A DNA stretch of 52,736 nt from Solirubrobacterales bacterium (GTDB lineage: Bacteria > Actinomycetota > Thermoleophilia > Solirubrobacterales > 70-9), in NCBI GenBank assembly GCA_036376775.1, contig DASUZP010000032.1, positions 1-52,736 on the forward strand. The letters run 5' to 3'. A program made the position numbers and the translations under genes. The notes under the pieces are model-generated. The model was not told the DNA's origin, searched no databases, and saw only the letters and a list, made by a program, of their open reading frames with translations. Positions 34,428 to 43,702 of the stretch are shown in pieces; the stretch's first letter is position 1, and each line of letters opens with the position of its first letter.

Positions 34428-34447
34428 CGACGCCGGATGCAGGCTCG

Positions 34448-35185
34448 TCAGCCTCGATCGGCGCGGTGGCGCTCCAGCTCCGCGACCAGGAGCTTGGTGT
34501 GGAGGGCGGCGATCAGGTCCTGCAGGGGCTGGGAGCCGGATTCGAGCATCTCGACCACGCGCTCCGGTGGGACCTCGCCGGCAAGGCGGTCCATCACCAT
34601 CCCCACCTCCTGGCTGACCAGCTCTTCGAGCGCGGTCTTGTAGCGCAGGGTGTCGTAGACGGTGAAGCCGATCTGCTCGTCGTAGCCGCCGGCGCGGAAG
34701 CGACCGATCGCCTCGATGATCTTGATGTCCGAAGGCGAGTAGCCGCGGCTGTTGGGGCTGAGGACCTCGATCTGCTCGAGCCGGTCGAGCACGTCCTTGG
34801 GGACGCCGTAGCGCTCGCGCACCTCGGCGGCGCTGGTGCGGGTGCGCTCGCCGCCCAGTGCCCGCTCGAGGATGCGGTCCTCGAGCTCGACCATGGCGCG
34901 GGCCCGCTCCGGATCCTCGTCGAGCACCGACTTGATCGCCTTCAGCGGCATGAAGCGCTCCTCCTGCAGCTGCTTGATCAGCTTGATCCGGTCGATGAAC
35001 TCGGGCGAGTAGTAGGCCATGTTGCGACTCGTCTTCACCGGCTCGGGCAAGAGCCCCTCGCGCAGGTAGTGCTTGATCGTCGGCACCGGCACGCCCGACG
35101 CCTCGGCCAGCTCGCCGATCTTCATCAACCGCCGATGGGCCGAATCCGGTCGATATGCGTCCGCTTTCGTCCCGTCGGCGGTCAT
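34448..35185 (-). CDS. MerR-family transcriptional regulator
   Basis: MKIGELAEASGVPVPTIKHYLREGLLP is the HTH. The ATG at 35185 overlaps the CoA-transferase stop (ATGA). ATG 35125 (MKIGEL) is the alternative start. Confidence 0.85.
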   Translation of the reverse strand: MTADGTKADAYRPDSAHRRLMKIGELAEASGVPVPTIKHYLREGLLPEPVKTSRNMAYYSPEFIDRIKLIKQLQEERFMPLKAIKSVLDEDPERARAMVELEDRILERALGGERTRTSAAEVRERYGVPKDVLDRLEQIEVLSPNSRGYSPSDIKIIEAIGRFRAGGYDEQIGFTVYDTLRYKTALEELVSQEVGMVMDRLAGEVPPERVVEMLESGSQPLQDLIAALHTKLLVAELERHRADRG

Positions 35186-36417
35186 GCGCGGAAGGTCGCC
35201 GCGGAGTCGGCGCTGGGGCCAGCGGCCGCGCCCGACTCTTTCATCGCTGCGATCTCCTCCTCCGCATAGCCAGCCTCGCGTAGGACGTCGTCGGTGTGCT
35301 CGCCGAAGGCGGGCGCCGGCCGGGTCGGGTCGCCCGGGGTGCGGCTCATCTTCACCGGGACGCCGAGCTGGCGCACGATGCCGAGGCCGGGTTGCTCGAT
35401 GGCGGTCACCATCTCCCGGGCGCGGACCAGCTCCGAGTCGAGCGCCTCGCCGATATCGAGCACCGGCTCGATGCAGCAGTCGTGCTCGTCGTTGAAAGCG
35501 AGCCACTCGTCGCGCGTGCGGGAGCGGAAGACCTCGGCCACCTCGCGCCAGGCGTCGGAGCCGGGCGCCTCGAACTGCTTCTCGATCAAGTCGGGGCGCT
35601 CGACGCCGTTGCAGAAGGCGGCCCAGAACTTCGGCTCCAGGGCGCCGCAGGTGACCCAGCCGTCGGCGACCTCATAGGGCATGTAACAGAGCAGCCCGCC
35701 GGCCAGCTGCTGCTCGCCGCGGCGCGGCACCTCGCCGTCGCAGAAGTAGCGGCCGGCGACCATTGCCAGCCAGGAGAGCGCTCCATCGGCCATTGAGACA
35801 TCGACCATCTGCCCTTCGCCGGAGCGGCGCCGCTCGTGCAGCGCCGCCATCACACCGAAGGCGGCCATCAGGGCGCCGCCGCCGAGGTCGGCGATCTGTC
35901 CGCCCGACTGCACCGGCGGGCCGTCCTTGGCGCCGGTCAGACCGAGCAACCCGACCAGGCCGAGGTAGTTCATGTCGTGGCCGGCACGCTGCGTGTAAGG
36001 CCCGTCCTGGCCGTAGCCGGTGATCGCGCAGAAGACGATCGCCGGGTTGGCCTCGCGCATACGCTCGTAGCCGACGCCGAGCCGGTCGAGTACGCCCGGG
36101 CGGAAGCCGTCGAGGACGACGTCGTATTTCTCGACCAAGCGCAGCAACGCCTCACGGCCCGCCTCGCTCTTGAGGTCGAGGCGAATCGAGCGCTTGCCGC
36201 GGTTGAGCGAGAGGTAGAGCGCCGAGCGCGTGCCCAGCTCCTGCTGCTCCTCGTCGCCGTAGTAGGGCGGCGCCCAGCGGATGTAGTCGCCCATGCCGGT
36301 GTCCTCGACCTTGAGCACCTCGGCGCCGAGGTCGGCAAGCAAAAGCGAGCAGAAGCCGCCCGGCAGGAGCCGCGTGAGGTCGAGGACCCGTACGTCGCTA
36401 AGCGGCAGATCGCTCAC
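35182..36417 (-). CDS. CaiB/BaiF family III CoA-transferase
   Basis: LSDVRVLDLTRLLPGGFCSLLLADLGAEVLKVE... and GHDMNYLGLVG... match the family III pattern. Confidence 0.88.
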   Translation of the reverse strand: MSDLPLSDVRVLDLTRLLPGGFCSLLLADLGAEVLKVEDTGMGDYIRWAPPYYGDEEQQELGTRSALYLSLNRGKRSIRLDLKSEAGREALLRLVEKYDVVLDGFRPGVLDRLGVGYERMREANPAIVFCAITGYGQDGPYTQRAGHDMNYLGLVGLLGLTGAKDGPPVQSGGQIADLGGGALMAAFGVMAALHERRRSGEGQMVDVSMADGALSWLAMVAGRYFCDGEVPRRGEQQLAGGLLCYMPYEVADGWVTCGALEPKFWAAFCNGVERPDLIEKQFEAPGSDAWREVAEVFRSRTRDEWLAFNDEHDCCIEPVLDIGEALDSELVRAREMVTAIEQPGLGIVRQLGVPVKMSRTPGDPTRPAPAFGEHTDDVLREAGYAEEEIAAMKESGAAAGPSADSAATFRA

Positions 36418-37294
36418 GCTTGGGGACCCCCAGCAGCTCGCGAGCCTCGGCGACCGTGGCGGCGCGGCGGCCGACGTCCTCGGCCATCTGGCGCGCCTTG
36501 GCGATCAGCTCGCCGTTGGACTTCGCCATCTCGCCGTTCGGCAGGTAGAGGTTGTCCTCGACCCCGGCACGGACGTTGCCGCCCAGGACCAGCGAGGCGC
36601 CGAGCAGTTTCCACTGGTCGCGCGAGATGCCGATCGTCTGCCACTGGTTCTCGCCCTCGGCGCCGCCGGGGATCTGGTCCGCCATGAAGCCGACGTTGCG
36701 GGGCGTCGGGCGGATACCGCCGTTGACGCCCATCACCAGCGAGATCTGCAGCGGCGTGCGCTCCAGCAGGCCCATGTCGATCAGCGGGTCGAGGTTGGCG
36801 ACGTGGCCGGCGTCGAAGCACTCGTGCTCGGGCTTGATCCCGAGGTCGCGCATCGCCGTGAGGAACTCGATGATCGTGTCGAAGCTGTTCTCGAAGACCG
36901 CCTTGAAGACGAAGTCCTTGCGCCGCGAGCTGTACTTGGCGTAGTTCATCGAGCTCATGTTGAGAGCGGCGACGTCGGGCCTGCACTCGCGCAGGTACTC
37001 GATCCGCTTCTCGATCGGGATCCCGATCGCGCCGGTCGAGTAGTTGACGATCACGTCGCCGACCTCGGCCAGGATCGCCTCGGTGATCGCCCTGAAGTCC
37101 TCGACCTCATAGGAGGGCGTGCCGTCGGGCTTGCGGGCGTGGATGTGGATCTGCGATGCGCCCTCGTCGACCGCACGCCGCGCCTCGGCCGCGTACTCCT
37201 CGGGCGTGTAGGGGATCGCCGGGCACTGGTCGCGGTTGGCGATCACGCCCGAGATCGAACAAGAAATGACTACTGGATCATTGAAGGAGCTCAT
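36398..37294 (-). CDS. BKACE-family (3-keto-5-aminohexanoate cleavage enzyme-like, DUF849) protein
   Basis: PVVISCSISGVIANRDQCPAIPYTPEEYAAEARRAVDEGASQIHIHAR matches the BKACE TIM-barrel N-terminus. Confidence 0.8.
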   Translation of the reverse strand: MSSFNDPVVISCSISGVIANRDQCPAIPYTPEEYAAEARRAVDEGASQIHIHARKPDGTPSYEVEDFRAITEAILAEVGDVIVNYSTGAIGIPIEKRIEYLRECRPDVAALNMSSMNYAKYSSRRKDFVFKAVFENSFDTIIEFLTAMRDLGIKPEHECFDAGHVANLDPLIDMGLLERTPLQISLVMGVNGGIRPTPRNVGFMADQIPGGAEGENQWQTIGISRDQWKLLGASLVLGGNVRAGVEDNLYLPNGEMAKSNGELIAKARQMAEDVGRRAATVAEARELLGVPKRERSAA

Positions 37295-37433
37295 TGGCCG
37301 TCCCTCGCACGGGCGCGAAAACCAAGCAGGTCGGGGGACGCAGGGAGCGAGGAAAGGGGAGCGCACTTGCTAGTGCGTGACCCGCCCCGAGCGACTGAGG
37401 ACCCCGAGATGCGCCGGTTTGCAGCGTCCGGCC

Positions 37434-39032
37434 TCATACGGGCATCACCCCATGCTTTTTCTTCGGCTTATCGACGTGCTTGCTTGCCGCCATCCGCAAC
37501 GCCCGGGTGATGACCGTCCGGGTTTCCCTAGGGTCGATGATGTCGTCAATTACCGCATTGCCGGCGGCGATGTATGGGTCGATCTGCTCGCGGACCGCAT
37601 TCAGCATTGCCTCGCGGGTGGCATCCGGGTCCTCGGAGGCCTCGATCGCCGAGCGGCCGATGATGTTGACCGCCCCCTCCGCCCCCATCACCGAGATCTC
37701 GGCACCGGGCCAGGCGACGATCAGGTCGGGCTCGTAGGCCTTGCCGCACATCACGTAGTAGCCGGCCCCGTAGGCCTTGCGCACGATCACGGTCACCTTC
37801 GGCACCGTGGCGCGGCTGACCGCGTAGAGCATCTTCGCCCCGTGGCGGATGATCCCGGCGTGCTCGACTTTGGCACCGACCATGAAGCCGGGCACGTCCT
37901 GGAGGAAGACGAGCGGGATGTTGAAGGCGTCGCAGAGGTTGATGAAGCGCGCCGCCTTGTCGGCCGAGTCGTTGTCGAGGATGCCGGCCAGCTGCTTGGG
38001 CTGGTTGGCGACTATCCCGACCGGCTGGCCGCCGAAGCGGGCGAAGCAGGTGATCAGCGTCTTGGCGAACTTCGGCTTGATGTCGAACCACTCGCCCTCG
38101 TCGACGATCTCGGCGATCACGTCGTACATGTCGTAGGGCTGGCGCGACGACTCGGGGACGATCTCCAGCAGCTTCTCCGAGCTGCGATCGTCAGGGTCGC
38201 TCGTCGGCACGATCGGCGGCTTCTGCTCGCAGTCGGAGGGGAAGTAGGAGAGGTACTGCTTGACCTTGGCGATGCATTCCTCGTCGTCCTTGACCTCCAA
38301 GTCCCCCACTCCCGATTTGCGGCAGTGCACCTTGGCCCCGCCCAGCTCCTCCATCGTGATGTCCTCGCCGGTGACAGCTTTGGTCAGGTGCGGACCGGCG
38401 AGCGCCATCGCGCCCTGGCCGGAGACCATCGGCACGAAGTCCGAGAGCGCCGGGATGTAGGCGGTGCCGGCGGCGCAGGGACCCATCATCGCCGCGACCA
38501 TCGGGATCACGCCTGACATTTCGACCTCCTCGCGGAAGAGGTGGCCGGAGCCGGCGAAGAGCGAGCCCGCCGCCTCCTGAATGCGGGCGCCGGCCGAGTC
38601 GAGCAGCCAGATGAACGGCATCCGCTTGGAGAGCGCCATCTCACGCAGGCGGGTGACCTTGAGCTCGCCGGTCATCCCCATCGAGCCGGCCATCACGGTG
38701 AAGTCGTAGGCGGCGATGCAGCAGGGGCGGCCGTCGACGTCGCCCCAGCCGGTGATCACGCCGTCGGCAGGCGCCTCGACGCCGTCCATCGCCCGCTGGG
38801 CGAAGTGCGGCCGTCCGTGGATCCCCATCTCGACGAAGGTGCCCTCGTCGACCAAGAGGTCGAGGCGCTCGCGCGCGGTCAGCTTGCCGCGCTCGTGCTG
38901 TTTGGCGATCTTCTCCTCGCCGCCGCCCAGCTTCGCCTTCTCCCGCCGCTCGTGCAGCTGCTCGGTCAGATCCCCCAGCGGGGCCGTCCCCGGTAGGAGG
39001 TTCTTCTCCTGCTCGCTCTGATCGGTCGCCAC
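37434..39032 (-). CDS. Acyl-CoA carboxylase carboxyltransferase (beta) subunit family protein
   Basis: KLTARERLDLLVDEGTFVE...CIAAYDFTVMAGSMG... and RKAYGAGYYVM match the carboxyl_transferase domain. The GTG at 39032 overlaps the enoyl-CoA hydratase stop by 1 nt (TAGTG). Confidence 0.85.
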   Translation of the reverse strand: MATDQSEQEKNLLPGTAPLGDLTEQLHERREKAKLGGGEEKIAKQHERGKLTARERLDLLVDEGTFVEMGIHGRPHFAQRAMDGVEAPADGVITGWGDVDGRPCCIAAYDFTVMAGSMGMTGELKVTRLREMALSKRMPFIWLLDSAGARIQEAAGSLFAGSGHLFREEVEMSGVIPMVAAMMGPCAAGTAYIPALSDFVPMVSGQGAMALAGPHLTKAVTGEDITMEELGGAKVHCRKSGVGDLEVKDDEECIAKVKQYLSYFPSDCEQKPPIVPTSDPDDRSSEKLLEIVPESSRQPYDMYDVIAEIVDEGEWFDIKPKFAKTLITCFARFGGQPVGIVANQPKQLAGILDNDSADKAARFINLCDAFNIPLVFLQDVPGFMVGAKVEHAGIIRHGAKMLYAVSRATVPKVTVIVRKAYGAGYYVMCGKAYEPDLIVAWPGAEISVMGAEGAVNIIGRSAIEASEDPDATREAMLNAVREQIDPYIAAGNAVIDDIIDPRETRTVITRALRMAASKHVDKPKKKHGVMPV

Positions 39033-39814
39033 TACCGTCCCTTCCACTGCGGATCGCGTTTCTCGAAGAATGCGGTGACGCCCTCGACGATGTCCTCGGT
39101 CGAGAAGGTGAGCGAGAGCTGCGAGCGCAGGTAGTCGAGCGCGTCGTCGACCGCCATGTCCTGCTGGCGGTACATCGCGTCGTGACCGAGCCTCATCAGC
39201 ACCGGGCTCTTCGAGGCGAGCTTGCCGGCCCAATCGGCCACCGCGGCGTCGAACTCAGCAGCCGGCACGACCTTGTTGGCGAGCCCATATTCGACCGCCT
39301 GCTCGGCGCTGAGCCGCTCGCCCAGCAGCATCATCTCGTTGACCTTCTTGCGCGGGACGTTGCGGTAGATGATCGCCATGATCATGTAGGGGAAGGCGCC
39401 GACGTTGATCTCCGGCGTGCCGAAGGTGGCTCCCTCTTTGGCGATCAGCAGGTCGCAGGAGAGGGCGAGGCCCATCCCCCCCGCCAGCACGTGGCCGTTG
39501 GCGGCGCAGAGCGAGGGCTTGCCCAGTCGCGGCATCAGCCGGAAGAACTCGAGGAAGAGGTCGGAGGCGAAGTGTTTGGCGACCAGCGGCACGTCGGCGG
39601 CGAAGCCACCGAGGTCGGCGCCGGCACAGAAGGCCTTGTCGCCGGCAGCGGTGAGCACCACCGCCCGCGCCTCCTCGTCCTCGCGCGCCCGCTTCATCGC
39701 GTCGACCAGCTCGGTCAGCATCTGGCCGGAGAGCATGTTGCGCTTCTCCGGGTTGTTGAGGGTCACCGTCGCGACCCCGTCGGCAACCTCGTACTTGACG
39801 ACCTCGTAATCCAT
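39032..39814 (-). CDS. Enoyl-CoA hydratase/isomerase (crotonase) family protein
   Basis: VATVTLNNPEKRNML...VVLTAAGDKAFCAGADL...GHVLAGGMGLALSCDL. Confidence 0.88.
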   Translation of the reverse strand: MDYEVVKYEVADGVATVTLNNPEKRNMLSGQMLTELVDAMKRAREDEEARAVVLTAAGDKAFCAGADLGGFAADVPLVAKHFASDLFLEFFRLMPRLGKPSLCAANGHVLAGGMGLALSCDLLIAKEGATFGTPEINVGAFPYMIMAIIYRNVPRKKVNEMMLLGERLSAEQAVEYGLANKVVPAAEFDAAVADWAGKLASKSPVLMRLGHDAMYRQQDMAVDDALDYLRSQLSLTFSTEDIVEGVTAFFEKRDPQWKGR

Positions 39815-39851
39815 CCGGCGGGACCATAGCCGAAAGAGAGCCCGGGCTAAA

Positions 39852-39874
39852 AGTAGAAAGTGCTACTGTCTACT
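39852..39874. promoter_or_regulatory. Candidate operator in the divergent ECH/ACAD spacer
   Basis: AGTAGAAAGTGCTACTGTCTACT has AGTAG paired with two alternative CTACT arms. It sits in a locally AT-richer 88-bp spacer upstream of the AGGAGGAG RBS of the ACAD gene. Confidence 0.3.
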
Positions 39875-39902
39875 CGAACTTTCGACCAGGAGGAGAGAAC
39901 CA

Positions 39903-41120
39903 GTGGCGACCGCGACGACGAACGGCTCCAAAGTCATCAAGCCCGACCACGAGACGGGCGGCAAACACTTCATCTTCAGCCAGGAGCACGAAGACCTGCG
40001 CGAGTCGATGCAGTCATGGGTGCGCAAGGAGCTCTGGCCCCATCGCAACGAGTGGGAGGACACCTACTGGCCGACCGAGAAGATGAAGCGAGCGGGAGAG
40101 CTCGGCTTCCTCGGCCTCTGCTTCCCCGAGGAGTACGGCGGCCAGGGCGGCGACTACTTCTACTCGCTGGTCCGCGCCGAATGCATGAGCTACTCGGGCT
40201 CGGGCGGCACCAACATGGGCTTTGCGGTGCAGACCGACATGGTGCTGCCGCCGATCCACCTGCTCGGCAACGAGGAGCAGAAGCAGCGCTACCTCGCGCC
40301 GGGGCTGATGGGCGAGAAGATCGGCTGCCTGGGGATCACCGAGCCGGGCGCCGGCTCCGACGTCGCCGGCATCCGCACTACGGCTATCCGCGACGGCGAC
40401 GAATACGTGATCAACGGCTCCAAGACCTTCATCACCAACGGTCCGCGCGCCGACTTCATCGTCCTCGTCGCCAAGACCGACCCGGAGGAGCGCCACGCCG
40501 GCATCACCCTGTTCGTCGTCGACCTGCGCGACGAGAAAGGCGAGCACGTGCCCGGCTTCACCGTCTCCGCCGAGCTGGAGAAGATGGGCATGCACGCCTC
40601 CGACACCGGCGAGCTGGCCTTCGAAGACGTCCGCGTGCCGGCCGACGCGGTGCTCGGCGAGGTCGGCAAGGGCTTCTACCACATCGCCTGGGAGCTCCAG
40701 GGCGAGCGCCTGGTCGCCGCCGCCGGCTGCCACGCGGGGGCGGAGCGGATGATCGAGAAGACGCTCGAGTACGCCAAGGAGCGCGAGGCCTTCGGCCGCC
40801 CGATCGGCAAGTTCCAGGCGATCCGCCACAAGTTCGCCGAGATGGCGACCAAGACCGAGGCGGCGAAGCAGTTCACCTACGCGACCGCCTGGCGCTTCGC
40901 CAACGGCGAGTACCCGGTGCGGGAGATCACGATGGCGAAGCTCTTCGCCTCACGGATCGCCTGCGAGGTCGCCGACGACTGCGTGCAGATCCTCGGCGGC
41001 TACGGCTACATGAAGGAGTACGAGATCGAGCGCGCCTACCGCGACGTCCGCCTCAACCGCATCGGCGCCGGCACCGACGAGGTGATGCTCGACGTGATCG
41101 GCCGCAGCTACGGCCTGTAG
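39903..41120 (+). CDS. Acyl-CoA dehydrogenase
   Basis: GCLGITEPGAGSDVAGIRTTA...NGSKTFITNG...IQILGGYGYMKEYEIERAYRD. The start is GTG, preceded by a strong RBS. Confidence 0.9.
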   Translation: MATATTNGSKVIKPDHETGGKHFIFSQEHEDLRESMQSWVRKELWPHRNEWEDTYWPTEKMKRAGELGFLGLCFPEEYGGQGGDYFYSLVRAECMSYSGSGGTNMGFAVQTDMVLPPIHLLGNEEQKQRYLAPGLMGEKIGCLGITEPGAGSDVAGIRTTAIRDGDEYVINGSKTFITNGPRADFIVLVAKTDPEERHAGITLFVVDLRDEKGEHVPGFTVSAELEKMGMHASDTGELAFEDVRVPADAVLGEVGKGFYHIAWELQGERLVAAAGCHAGAERMIEKTLEYAKEREAFGRPIGKFQAIRHKFAEMATKTEAAKQFTYATAWRFANGEYPVREITMAKLFASRIACEVADDCVQILGGYGYMKEYEIERAYRDVRLNRIGAGTDEVMLDVIGRSYGL

Positions 41121-41139
41121 GGACGGGCGAGCACGCACC

Positions 41140-41610
41140 GTGTCGCACGTCGAGCACATTCGCTCCTACTACGAATCGCTGAACACCGGCAACGCAGAGG
41201 CCGTAGCGGCTCACTTCACCGAGGACGCGGTCCACTACTACACGCGTCTGGGCCCCCACGAGAGCGCCAAGACGATTGGCGACTACGCCGCCCTGGGCGT
41301 CGGGAGCATCGACGCCCAGTGGTACGTCGAGAACGCGATCGAGCAGGGCGACCAGGTCGTGATCGAGTGGACGATGACCTGGCGCCATCCCGAGAGCGGT
41401 GAGCAGAGACTCGACAGAGGCACGGAGTGGTTTCGCATCCGCGACGGCAAGATCGCCGAGGTGCGTGCCTACCATCACGGCGGTAAGAAGAATCCCCAGG
41501 GCGACCTGCTCGGCTTCGACCACTCCGGACGTGGCTACACGATGCTTGAGGACTGGAAGGCGCCGGCGAGCGCCTCAGCGCCGGCCAAGGCCGACGAAAG
41601 CCAGGCTTGA
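41140..41610 (+). CDS. SnoaL-like / NTF2-fold protein
   Basis: IRSYYESLNTGNAEAVAAHFTEDAVHY...EWFRIRDGKIAEVRAY matches the SnoaL pattern. Confidence 0.7.
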   Translation: MSHVEHIRSYYESLNTGNAEAVAAHFTEDAVHYYTRLGPHESAKTIGDYAALGVGSIDAQWYVENAIEQGDQVVIEWTMTWRHPESGEQRLDRGTEWFRIRDGKIAEVRAYHHGGKKNPQGDLLGFDHSGRGYTMLEDWKAPASASAPAKADESQA

Positions 41611-42785
41611 CAGTCGTCAAGGACACGGGTGCGCGCGCCACCCTCCCGCCTTTCGGCGAGGAGCACGAGGAGCTGCGCGAGACCGTCAGTCGCTTCGTCA
41701 AGAAGGAGATCGCGCCGAACGTCGACGGGTGGGAGGCGGCGCGCGAATTCCCCCGCGAGCTCTACGGTCGCTGCGCCGAGCTCGGCTTCCTCGGGCTGAA
41801 GTTCCCGGAGGAGTACGGCGGCCAGGGCGGCACCCACCTGCACGACGCGATCTGGGTCGAAGAGCTGGCCCGCTCCGGCGGCTCCGGCGGGGTTGCCGCC
41901 GGGCTCAACGCCCACACCTCGATCGCGATGCCGCCGATCTTCAACTTCGGCACCGAGGAGCAGAAGCAGCGTTGGCTCGTGCCGGGGATCGCCGGCGAGA
42001 AGATCGGCGCCCTGGGGATCACCGAGCCGGGCGCCGGCTCCGACGTCGCCGGAATCTCGACCAACGCCCAGCGGGTCGACGGCGGCTACGTCGTCAACGG
42101 CTCCAAGACCTTCATCACCAATGGCGTCCGCGCCGACTTCCTCGTCTGTGCCTGCAAGACGACCCAGGACGGCGGCCACCACGGCATCTCCTTCCTCGTG
42201 CTCGAGCGCGAGATGCCCGGCTACGAGGTGGCGCAGAAGCTGGAGAAGATGGGCTGGCACTCGTCCGACACGGGCGAGCTGGCCTTCACCGACGTCGAGG
42301 TGCCGGAGGAGAACCTGCTCGGCGAGGAAAACGAGGGCTTCAAACTGATCATGTTCAACTTCGCCTGGGAGCGGCTACTGATGGCGATCGGCGCGGTCGG
42401 CGCGATGCAGCGCCTGATCGATGTCACGGTCGCCTACGCCCTCGACCGCGAAGCCTTCGGCCGCCCGATCGGCAAGTTCCAGGCAATCCGCCATCACGTC
42501 GCCGAGATGGCGACCAAGGCCGAGGCCGCCCGTGCCCTCACCTACAACGCCCTGCGCCTCTTCCACGAGGGCCACGACTGCATCAAGGACGTGACGATGG
42601 CCAAGCTGGTCACCCAGCGCGCCGTCCTGGAGATCGCCGACCAGTCCCTTCAGATCCACGGCGGCTACGGCTACATGCGCGAGTACGGCATAGAGCGAGC
42701 CGTCCGCGACGCCCGCCTGGGCCCGATAGGCGGCGGCACCGACGAGGTGATGAAGGAGATCCTCGGCAAATTGATGGGGCTGTAG
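41607..42785 (+). CDS. Acyl-CoA dehydrogenase (paralog of 39903..41120)
   Basis: GALGITEPGAGSDVAGISTNA...NGSKTFITNG...LQIHGGYGYMREYGIERAVRD. The TTG start overlaps the upstream stop. Confidence 0.88.
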   Translation: MTVVKDTGARATLPPFGEEHEELRETVSRFVKKEIAPNVDGWEAAREFPRELYGRCAELGFLGLKFPEEYGGQGGTHLHDAIWVEELARSGGSGGVAAGLNAHTSIAMPPIFNFGTEEQKQRWLVPGIAGEKIGALGITEPGAGSDVAGISTNAQRVDGGYVVNGSKTFITNGVRADFLVCACKTTQDGGHHGISFLVLEREMPGYEVAQKLEKMGWHSSDTGELAFTDVEVPEENLLGEENEGFKLIMFNFAWERLLMAIGAVGAMQRLIDVTVAYALDREAFGRPIGKFQAIRHHVAEMATKAEAARALTYNALRLFHEGHDCIKDVTMAKLVTQRAVLEIADQSLQIHGGYGYMREYGIERAVRDARLGPIGGGTDEVMKEILGKLMGL

Positions 42786-42793
42786 GGGGGCGC

Positions 42794-43159
42794 TTAGTTT
42801 TCGCCTGGCCCGTCGAGGACGTCCATGCGGACGACCAGGCCGTTCTGCAGCCGGTAGCGGTGGAGTACGTGGGTGTCGGACTGGGGCTCGTCCGTCTCTG
42901 CATCGCGGACGATCTGGTGGACGGTCACGGTGATGCTGCCGTCGGGGTGGTGGTCGAAGCGCTCGGGCTCGACCGTGCTCGAGATCGATTCGAACTGGCG
43001 GGTCCAGTAGGCGGCAACCGCCTCGCGGCCGGCCACGCGGCCTCCCTCCCATGCGTTGGGCCAGTCGACGTCGGGATGCATAAGGTCGAGCGCGGCGCCG
43101 ATGTCGCGAGCGTTGAATGCCTCGTAGGCGGCACGAAGGATGTCCTCGTCAGTCCTCAC
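42794..43159 (-). CDS. NTF2-fold (SnoaL/DUF4440-like) protein
   Basis: ILRAAYEAFNARDIGAALDLMHPDVDW... Confidence 0.65.
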   Translation of the reverse strand: MRTDEDILRAAYEAFNARDIGAALDLMHPDVDWPNAWEGGRVAGREAVAAYWTRQFESISSTVEPERFDHHPDGSITVTVHQIVRDAETDEPQSDTHVLHRYRLQNGLVVRMDVLDGPGEN

Positions 43160-43249
43160 CGGATGAATGGTACGAGCGCGGCTCGGGTGGGCACCCGCGC
43201 TAGATCATCTAGGTTCCGTGGGACCGATTTCACGGCAAAGGAGGCGCCG

Positions 43250-43702
43250 ATGCTGTCCTGGCTGGCCAAGAGGATGATCGCCCGCAACATGGCAAAGGCG
43301 AGCGCCGGCGAGCTTGGGCCGACGCTGGGGATGGACGCCGACGACGTTCGGTTCCGCTTCCCCGGCGACAGCTCCTGGGGCGGCCGCTTCGACGGCAAGG
43401 CCGAGCTCGAGCCGTGGCTGCGGCGGTTTGCCGATGTCGGCATCCAGATCGCGCCCGATGAGGTCGTGCTCAAGGGCTTCCCCTGGAATCAGACGATCTG
43501 CATCCGCGGGCGCGACCATCTCGACTCGCCCGAAGGCGAGCGCGTATACGAGAACCGCTACGTGATCTGGGGACGCATCTCCTGGGGCCTGCTGCGCGAC
43601 TACGAGGTCTACGAGGACACGGAAAAGTCCAAGCGGCTCGATCGGTACCTGGCGTCGACCGGCGACGCGCTGAGCAAACGGGCGATCGGCGACGAGTCTT
43701 GA
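43250..43702 (+). CDS. NTF2-fold (SnoaL-like) protein
   Basis: An AAGGAGG RBS lies 5 nt upstream of the ATG. The sequence ...DDVRFRFPGDSSWGGRFDGKAELEPWLRRF...YENRYVIWGRISWG matches the family. This is the last 150 codons of listed ORF 41399..43702. Confidence 0.65.
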   Translation: MLSWLAKRMIARNMAKASAGELGPTLGMDADDVRFRFPGDSSWGGRFDGKAELEPWLRRFADVGIQIAPDEVVLKGFPWNQTICIRGRDHLDSPEGERVYENRYVIWGRISWGLLRDYEVYEDTEKSKRLDRYLASTGDALSKRAIGDES

